64,000 nucleotides of DNA. Origin: Eledone cirrhosa. Lineage: Eukaryota. The stretch spans positions 10,912,001-10,976,000 of the forward strand of contig OZ024757.1 in NCBI GenBank assembly GCA_964016885.1, in the 5' to 3' direction. Both the position numbers and the translations under genes were made by a program. Under the pieces are notes generated by a model, which was not told the DNA's origin, ran no database searches, and saw only the letters and a list, made by a program, of their open reading frames with translations. Positions 55,035 through 64,000 of the stretch are shown in pieces (the first letter of the stretch is position 1; each line of letters opens with the position of its first letter).

Positions 55035-55232
55035 AGGAAGTGGAGAGCATTCTAGACAAACCCTCCCAGTCATTCCAAAAGGAAATAAGTGATGAAATAT
55101 GAGCCTGTTTGAAAAGAATCAACACTTTGGACTCTCTACAAAGATGAGGGCATACCTTGGTAGAGGTGAACAATCAGAGCTGTTCACCCTGAATCTATTA
55201 AGGCTTGGGGATGGAACACTTCCTGTAGATAG
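55035..55232 (+). pseudogene. Helitron-type PIF1 helicase fragment
   Basis: RQTLPVIPKG..SDEI*ACLK...LSTKMR..LLRLGDG, compared with the PIF1 motifs GDFRQTLPV, LxxNMR and LLxIGDG. Confidence 0.75.
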
Positions 55233-55236
55233 AAAA

Positions 55237-55387
55237 GGGCAGTGGATTGGCAGTATTGGTAGAGAGTCAGACGCCATGCTGTGAGGCATAGAGTTACAAC
55301 CCTTTATGGTTTGAGTTTAAATCCCGCCAAGGTTAATTTTGCCTTTCATCGGGGTCGATAGAATAAAACACCAGCAATGCACTAGAG
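55237..55387 (+). mobile_element. SINE2 5' part; its 3' part resumes at 56606-56640
   Basis: Colinear with the intact copies at 58032 and 58264. Confidence 0.8.
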
Positions 55388-56597
55388 CATTGTTTCCCAA
55401 AGTGGGCGGTACCACCCCTCACCCCTGGGCCCCCTGTGCTTTGATATCGGGGGGCAGTTGGGGGGTGACAGTGTAGTATTAAAAAAAAACAAAACAAGCT
55501 ATTTATTGTTTTTTTCTTTTTTTTACAAATATATTGCATATGTATATTAAAGACATATAGACATCTATATTAAAGACATATAGACATCTATAATAAAGAC
55601 ATATAGACATCTATAATATAGACATATAGACATCTATATTAAAGACATATAGACATCTATAACAGAGGCATATAGACATCTATAATATAGACATATAGAC
55701 ATCTATATTAAAGACATCTAGACATCTATAATAAAGACATATAGACATCTATAATAAAGACATATATACATCTATATTAAAGACATATAGACATCTATAA
55801 TAAAGACATCTAGACATCTATAATAAAGACATATAGACATCTATAATATAGACATAATAAAGACATATAGACATCTATAATATAGAGATATAGACATCTA
55901 TAATAAAGACATATAGACACCTATAATAAAGACATATAGACATCTATAATATAGACATATAGACATCTATAATAAAGACATATAGACATCTATAATAAAG
56001 ACATCTAGACATCTATAATAAAGACATATAGACATCTATATTAAAGACATATAGACATCTATAATAGAGGCATATAGACATCTATAATAAAGACATATTG
56101 ACATCTATAATAAAGACATATAGACATCTATAATATAGAGATATAGACATCTATAATAAAGACATATAGACATCTATAATATAGAGATATAGACATCTAT
56201 AATAAAGACATATAGACATCTATAATAAAGACATATAGACATCTATAATATAGACATATAGACATCTATAATAAAGACATATAGACATCTATAATAAAGA
56301 CATAAAGACATATATACATATAGACATCTATAATAAAGACATATAGACATCTATAACATAGACATCTATGAGACTGTGTAGATTCCAGACAATCTCATAG
56401 ATGTCTTCTTCTTATTGGCAAAATCGCATTCTTTTTACATCTATGTTACTAATGATAAACTAACATCATCACCATCATTGTTTAATGGCCACTTTCTCTG
56501 CTAGTAAGGTGTGGATGTGTCATCATAGACTGATGGAGGGGGTCACTGAGGGTATTACCTGTGGAGGGCGGTGGGCCCAAAAGTTTGAGAATCTCTA
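55388..56597. mobile_element. hAT (Charlie-like) non-autonomous DNA transposon
   Basis: Ends CATTGTTTCCCAAA / TTTGAGAATCTCTA; 8 bp target duplication CACTAGAG / CACTAGGG; splits a SINE2. Confidence 0.75.
55545..56370. repeat. 23 bp minisatellite, about 35 units
   Basis: Unit AGACATATAGACATCTATAATAA. Confidence 0.95.
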
Positions 56598-56649
56598 CAC
56601 TAGGGTAATTACTGGCCTTGTGCCAAAAGTAGAAACAATACATCTATCT

Positions 56650-57910
56650 ATGTAAATTTTATAAAAGGTGGGTGAATGTGGAAAAGATGGCCCGAGTGGT
56701 TGGGCCTTCTCTTTATATAAGCCTGTAAGTTGAGGAAAAAGAGGAAGAGAGGAAGGGAGTACTCACTCTTAGTGCTCCTGGAGATGAGGGTTGTACATTT
56801 TTTCGGGTTGTGTACAACCCCTGCGTAACACCTCCCCACTATTGGGGATTTCAATTGTTATTTGTTATTGTATTAATAGTTTTATTTTCATATACCTGTA
56901 TGTAAACTCCCCATTTGTATTTGTCCCCTTCTTTTGTGCTCTTGTGGCTAATAAAGAAATATATCTATCTAACTATGCTGTCGCGTATGGGACAAATCCA
57001 GTTGACTGTCGAGTCCATAGTAAGGATCAAACCGCCAGCCTCTTTCAAAAACGAAAGAGAGGCGGGTTTCCTCTGTACGGTGGCTATGGTGAAAGAAGTT
57101 ATATGGTGGACGAAGTTGAAAGGACTGAGGACAGATGCCTTTCTCTCCGGACAACAATTGATTCCCTTCTTTAAGTATCACTTTAGAAGGAGAATCAGGG
57201 TGGAGAGAGAGGCACTGCACCCCAGTAAATTTACTGAAAGGTGGGGGAATGTAGCAAAAATGGCCCGAGTGATTGGGCCTTCTCTGAATATAAACTTGTA
57301 GGTTGAGGAAGAGAGCAAAAGGAAGAAAGGAGCACTTGCACAACACGCTCCTGGAGTTGAGGGTTGTTCTATCTACGGGGTATTAAACAACTCATTTGCG
57401 GCGCCTCCCCCCTATTGGGTATTTCGATTGTTGTAATTGTTTGTTTTTATATTTTTTACACGACTGTATGTAAAATCCCCGGCATGTCTTTGTATTGTCC
57501 CCTTTTCTTGTGCGCCCTTGTGGCTTATAAAGAAATATATCTATCTATCTAACTATGTATCTAACTATCTATCTATCTCACCTCAGTAAATTCGCTGAAT
57601 GGTGGCTGAATGTGGCGAAAATAACCCGAGTGAATGGGCCTTCTCTGTATTTAAACCTGTAGGTTGAGGAAGATAAACAGAGGGAAGACGGGAACACCTA
57701 CAAAATGTGTTCCTGGTATTGAGGGTTATTATATCCACGGGGTGTAAAACAACCCTGCAGTAATGTTCCCCCCTTTTGGGGATTTCAATTCTTATTTTAT
57801 TATATATAGTTTATTGTTATTTATTAATGTTAAAGTTATTTTTATATAAAACCCCCGCTGTCACGTCTTGTGTCCCACTTTTGTACATCCCTGTGGCAAT
57901 TAAAGAAAGA

Positions 57911-57944
<34 letters not shown>

Positions 57945-57945
57945 C
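56650..57945 (+). mobile_element. Three tandem 3' ends of a Tx1/L1-like LINE, each ending in (CTAT)n
   Basis: Copies at about 56650-56975, 56976-57578 and 57580-57945; VKEVIWW...FRRRIRVERE...KFTERW. Confidence 0.7.
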
Positions 57946-58031
57946 TACTAAAACTCTGTGATTGCTTGCTTATCTGTAATCTAAACTATAATAAAGGAAG
58001 GTCTGCCGTACTGCGTACGGTTTATTATTTT

Positions 58032-58215
58032 GGTGGATTGGCAGTATCGGTAGAGGGTTTGACGCCATGCTTTCCAGCATAGTTACGTCCCTTTACGATC
58101 TGAGTTCAAATCCCGCCGAGGTTGACTTTGCCTTTCATCCTTACGGGGTCGATAAAATAAAGTACCAGTAATGCACTGGATAATTGCTGGCCTTGTGCCT
58201 AAAGTAGAAACAATT
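58032..58215 (+). mobile_element. SINE2
   Basis: TGGCAGTATCGG box A-like motif and GAGTTCAAATCC box B. Confidence 0.82.
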
Positions 58216-58263
58216 ATTTTTTATCCCGTTTGTAAAATAAGTTGGATTACTTTGAATAAATAA

Positions 58264-58451
58264 TTGTTTCTACTTTTGACACAAGGCTAGCAATTAACCA
58301 GTGTATTACTGGTACTTTATTTTATCGAACCCGTAAGGATGAAAGGCAAAGTTAACCTCGGCGGGATTTGAACTCAGAATGGCAAGGGCCGTAACTCTAT
58401 GCGTCAAAGCATGGCGTCCGACCCTCTACCGATACTGCCAATCCACCGCCC
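58264..58451 (-). mobile_element. SINE2, full length with 17 bp target-site duplication
   Basis: TTACTTTGAATAAATAA at 58247-58263 and 58452-58468. Confidence 0.88.
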
Positions 58452-58811
58452 TTACTTTGAATAAATAAGGAATGAATATTACATAATTTATCTACTAAAT
58501 TTTGTGGCTGTTGATTAAATATATTTTGTTTATTTAAAGATTCAGTTCTTTAAAATTTCTGAAATGTCAACACTTCCGGTTGGCCATTACTTCAATAAAC
58601 ATACTAATTTTCTGTCACTAATTTCCTCCTAATGCAGTTTATATATAATATCGTCTTTTTTAATGTATCATGGATTACGTTGCTGATTACATAAGACAGT
58701 GTAACACAGTCCTCGTTCAATTTCTGTGTATTATATATTGTCATTACGATTTTATTTGATGCATCATATCTACATGTATATATATACTTGTGTATAATAT
58801 CAATATACACT

Positions 58812-59503
58812 ACACATGCTAGCAAAATAGGTTCCTGGATCCTCAGAAACTTCCAGTCGAGAGATTCCCACACCATTATCCTTCTCTTCTCCACTTTTGC
58901 CCGACCACACCTTGAATACTGTTGTCCACTGTGGTCTCCCCACACGAAACAAAGTATCATGAAACTTGAAGCTCCCCAAAGGGCATTCACGAAAATGATA
59001 GATGGCATGTCAGACTTTGACTACTGCGGTCGACTAGAAAAGCTGAAACTTTACTCACTCCAACGTCGCCGTGAGCGTTATATTATCTGCATGATGTCGA
59101 AAATGTTTCATCAGCACTGCCCAAATAATGTTGGCATCACCTTCAAAATACACCCAAGGCTTGGGCCCCGTGCTATCCGCCCCAAACAAAAATCTAAATC
59201 GCAACTCATAACAACAATACGGAACAATTATTTCACCTCAATTCGCCTTGCTCTCTTCAACATCACGCCAGGACACGTCAAAACAGAAACTGACCACACA
59301 AAATTCAAGAAGTCTTTGGACAAATTCTCCAAGTAATCCCGGACAAACCACCCTCACCCGGATATGTCTCCGCAAACAGTAATTCCCTTATCGAATGGGC
59401 CATGGTGCCCAAATCCTGAATTGAAAGACTTCGCCAGGTGGTGCTATTAAGTTAGACATGGCCTGGGCCAATACTGGCCAAAACATTTCAAAGTTATTCA
59501 AAG

Positions 59504-59505
<2 letters not shown>
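58812..59505 (+). mobile_element. CR1-clade LINE 3' fragment
   Basis: WILRNF..RPHLEYCCPLWSP..LEAPQRAFTK..RLEKLKLYSLQRRRER; short repeated ttcaaagt tail. Confidence 0.88.
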
Positions 59506-59584
<79 letters not shown>

Positions 59585-59593
59585 AGATATATA

Positions 59594-59657
<64 letters not shown>

Positions 59658-59665
59658 GATATATA

Positions 59666-59711
<46 letters not shown>

Positions 59712-59767
59712 TATATTTATATATATTTATATATTTATATTTATATATATATATATATATTTATATG

Positions 59768-60249
59768 TTGTAATAAAATGAAAACGAAATTTCATGTCTC
59801 ACTCTTAGTTGGCACTTACTTAAATGTAAGTATGTATGTATACGTACATACATATATGTATACAGACGTATAGTAGCATGCATATATATATATATATATA
59901 CAGGTACACATACATATATGCACGAATCAGTTTAGCGGACGCTTATTATAGCGCCCGCTTTGTTCGTTTGTAAACAAACTGAACAGCCTGAATTTATGCC
60001 GTACGGTGTTAAGGCAACCACGTCACCTTTTTGTTCAACACTGACACAGGAACGATGTACTGGTTTCAAGCTTGTTAGCTATCATCAGCACCGTATACCC
60101 TTCTGTCAGATGGTTGAACGTTCGAAAGTATATACTTTCCTTATATACTTTCCTAAATTCAGGCGGTTCAGTTAGTTTACAAACGAACAAAGCGGGCGCT
60201 ATAATAAGCGTCCGCTAAACTGATTCGTGCATATATGTATGTGTACCTG

Positions 60250-60289
<40 letters not shown>

Positions 60290-60335
60290 TGCTACTATAC
60301 GTCTGTATACATATATGTATGTATGTATACATACA
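59768..60335. mobile_element. Family F copy with fold-back
   Basis: Matches 29548-29955; 60156-60335 is the reverse complement of about 59830-59995. Confidence 0.8.
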
Positions 60336-60587
60336 TACTTATATTTATATGTATATGTATATATATATATGTATGTATATCTATATGTGTATATATATGT
60401 ATATGTATATGTATATGTATATATATATGTATATATATATGTATATATATGTGTATATATACATATATATGTATATATGTATATATATGTATATATATGT
60501 GTATATATACATATATATACATATATATGTATATATATGTGTATGTATATATGTGTATACATGTATATATATATGTATATATATATG

Positions 60588-60620
<33 letters not shown>

Positions 60621-61035
60621 GTATATATATATGTGTATATATGTATATATATATGTGTATATATGTATATATATATGTATATGTATATATATATATGTAT
60701 ATATATGTATATATATATGTATATATATATATATATGTATATGTGTATATATGTATATATATATGTATATATATATATGTATATGTATATGTGTATATAT
60801 GTATATATATATGTATATATATATGTATATATATATGTATATATATATGTATATATATATGTATATATATATGTATATATATATGTATATATATATGTAT
60901 ATATATATGTATATGTATATATATATGTATATATATATGTATATATATATGTATATATATATATGTATATATATGTATATATATATATGTATGTATGTAT
61001 ATATATATATGTATGTATGTATATATATATATCTG

Positions 61036-61074
<39 letters not shown>

Positions 61075-61323
61075 GTATGTATATAATATATATATATATA
61101 TGTATGTATGTATATATATAAGTTCCTCAGTGAATTAACAACCCAACAAGGAACTGGGCATATCAGAGTATTGACAATATTATACACCTAAACAACATAT
61201 GTTCTCGTCTATACCATGCTAATTCAAACTGCCTGAAGAGGTCACAGCCAAAGATGGCTGTCACTGAAATATATATAGCAGTAATAAACGAAGCTAAATT
61301 TTAATCATTTGACTTTTATTTAA

Positions 61324-61371
<48 letters not shown>

Positions 61372-61544
61372 ATGTATATATATATATATGTATGTATGTA
61401 TATATATATATATATGTATGTATATATATATATGTATATATATGTATGTATATATATATATGTATATATATGTATGTATGTATATATATATATATATGTA
61501 TATGTATGTATGTATATATATATATGTATGTATATGTATGTATG

Positions 61545-61591
<47 letters not shown>

Positions 61592-61638
61592 CTGTATGTA
61601 TGTATGTATGTATGTATATGTATGTATGTATATATATG

Positions 61639-61677
<39 letters not shown>

Positions 61678-61710
61678 GTATATATATGTATGTATGTATA
61701 TGTATGTATG

Positions 61711-61757
<47 letters not shown>

Positions 61758-61800
61758 ATATATATATGTATATATATGTATGTATATATATATATATATG

Positions 61801-61835
<35 letters not shown>

Positions 61836-62011
61836 GTATATGTATGTATGTATGTATATATGTATGTATGTATATATGTATGTATATATATATATGTATG
61901 TATATATATATATATGTATGTATATATATATGTATGTATATATATATATGTATGTATATATATATGTATATATATGTATGTATATATATATATATGTATG
62001 TATATATATGT

Positions 62012-62088
<77 letters not shown>

Positions 62089-62118
62089 TATATGTATGTA
62101 TATATATATATATGTATG

Positions 62119-62149
<31 letters not shown>

Positions 62150-62220
62150 ATATATATATATATGTGTATGTATATATGTATGTATATATATATATGTATG
62201 TATGTATATATATATGTATG
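60336..62220. repeat. (TA)n / (TATG)n tracts with a family M island at 61121-61326
   Basis: Simple repeat. Confidence 0.95.
61228..61282 (+). ncRNA. Type I hammerhead (family M), fully canonical
   Basis: ACTGC-CTGAAGA-GGTCACAGCCA AAGA TGGCTGTCACT-GAAA-TATATA-TA-GCAGT. Confidence 0.9.
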
Positions 62221-62221
62221 T

Positions 62222-64000
62222 ATTTTCTCTTTCTCTTAATTTCGAGTATATTTTTTGACCGGCCACCTTCCTGGTGGCAAGGTTGTAAAAGAAAAGAAAT
62301 TATCATCCCTTGAATCGCAAGAATGTTTTGCAAATTTTGAAGGTGCCATCTATCGCAGTCATTTGTAGACTATGAATTAGGGTGCTGCGTTTTTGTCCGC
62401 AAGTCCAAGTTCAGTCATACTTTGGTCCAAGCGGGTTGGTATATAACCCGTAGCACCAATAATGATGGGTATGAAGCTAAAGGTGTATCTTGGATACTGG
62501 ATTTGTAAACTCTTCATCAATGGTCCGTAGATGTCCTCCTTCTCCTGTATTTTTCTGACAACGTTTACATCAAGTGTGCAGCTGATCTCCACAACAGAAC
62601 ACGTTTTCAATGTGTGGTCCCAAACTGCAATATCAGGCCGGTTGTGCTTTAATCTGGTGGCAGTTTTTATTTTCAGGTTCCACCAGTATTCCTTAGTGCC
62701 ATCTGTCTCAATATATTCTTCCTCGTTTGTTGTTAATTTTGTTTTCCGAAGTGCGTTCCAGATGGTTCTAGCTATCCCCTCGTGTCTCATGGGGAGGTAG
62801 TAGCGAGATGACATTCTTTTGCAGCTGGCAACAATGTGGCTTACATCCTCGATCTTTGTTTTACATAGCCTACATTTATTGTCAGCTGCTGGCCCTCCTC
62901 TTTTGTGCAGCATATATTTGGCAGGGAGTTCTTGTTCCTGTATTGCATAGAGATATCCCTCAAGGTGTGATGTCATAAACTTGTCGGAACTCCATGCCAG
63001 GCTTTTTGAGTGGTTTATCCCTCTATGGTCTGTGTTTTACGCCTCAAGTATCCATGCACAACTTTTTCTGTAAATTAGTCAATTTTTTCATCTTGTTTGA
63101 ACATTGAATATGATCTTCCGATTTCTCTGGGTGAGAGATTTATATCAGGCTTTATTCCATATCTCTCCTCCAGATCAGTCGCTATTCTAATGATATTTAT
63201 TTTTTCATGCTCATAAACCTGGGCAAGATGGTTGCCAACCTTTTTCCTCTATTGAAGGTGTTGCTTCAGTGTTACTATCCGGGTCTCATATGTTGTTAAT
63301 ATTGATTTTAGACCCCGGCCACCTTCCTTGCGTGAGAAGTATAGCCTATCCACATCACCATTGATGTTAAAGTTGCCAGTAACACTGAGAAGTTTTCGAG
63401 TTCTAACATCCATCTCACTTAGTTCTTGCAATGACCAGTTCAGTAGGCCAAATGTTGGCGTTAGAATTGGCACAGCATAAGTATTGTGGGCGATGTATTT
63501 GTTGTATGCTGACAGCTCTGATGACCATATTTTCTTTACTCTTCTGAGGTATTCAGTTCTGGTTCTCTCCTTCTTTATCGGTCCATCATATCTGACATTC
63601 TCATCCTGTCCAAGATATCTGTAGTTGTCACCTGACTGCATAGGTTGTATTGTCAGGCCGTTCATCTCTAGATTTCTAGAGGAGGGCACAACTATTCCAC
63701 GTTTTACTGCCAAATATGCACACTTGGACTCACCAAATTTCATTTTGATGTCGGTTGAAAATTGTGTAATGAGGCCCAATTGTTTCTTGATGTCATTGAT
63801 ATTTGGCCCATACAACTTCAGGTTATCAACAAAGAAAAGATGGGAGATACTTCTGGGCCCACTTCTTTGTCCACCTTGTTTCCTGAGTAGGTAAGACAGT
63901 GGATTCAGTGAGAGAACGAAGAGTAGCACTGACAAGCTATCACCCTGAAAGATGCCTTCTGGTAATGTATCTTATCAGTCTTAACCTGCTCCTCTCACCT
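62222..64000 (-). mobile_element. Second R4/Dong-like RLE LINE copy; runs off the window end
   Basis: GIFQGDSLS, SHLFFVDNLKLY, CRLC..HIVASC, KHNRPD, VVEISC; colinear with 42293-44055. Confidence 0.9.

Noticed and set aside
53953-55173. Poly-Val / mucin-like poly-Thr ORFs
   Set aside because: Trinucleotide repeat with no non-repetitive domain except the adjacent helicase remnant.
57978-58030. Helitron 5' end (TCTAAACTATAATAAAG)
   Set aside because: Suggestive only; no matching 3' terminus was identified downstream.

Overview
AT-rich, microsatellite-saturated eukaryotic intergenic or intronic DNA; the repeat content resembles a mollusc, probably a cephalopod (inference). No host protein-coding gene is supported. 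The real coding content is decayed mobile elements: Penelope-like elements (PLE; RT + GIY-YIG), RTE, two R4/Dong-type RLE LINEs, CR1, Tx1-like 3' ends, a Helitron PIF1 fragment, a hAT-like MITE and two tRNA-derived SINE families. The main hidden structure is about 27 type I hammerhead ribozyme (HHR) motifs, some degenerate, read by eye in about 13 sequence families. They sit in 0.1-1.9 kb mostly non-coding islands inside (TA)n tracts. Many islands are inverted repeats with a hammerhead on each arm, always pointing outward, and some are 1.1-1.4-mer tandems of 480-590 bp units. They look like PLE pseudo-LTR remnants and/or non-autonomous retrozyme-like elements. All folds and coordinates were derived manually and may be off by a few bases.
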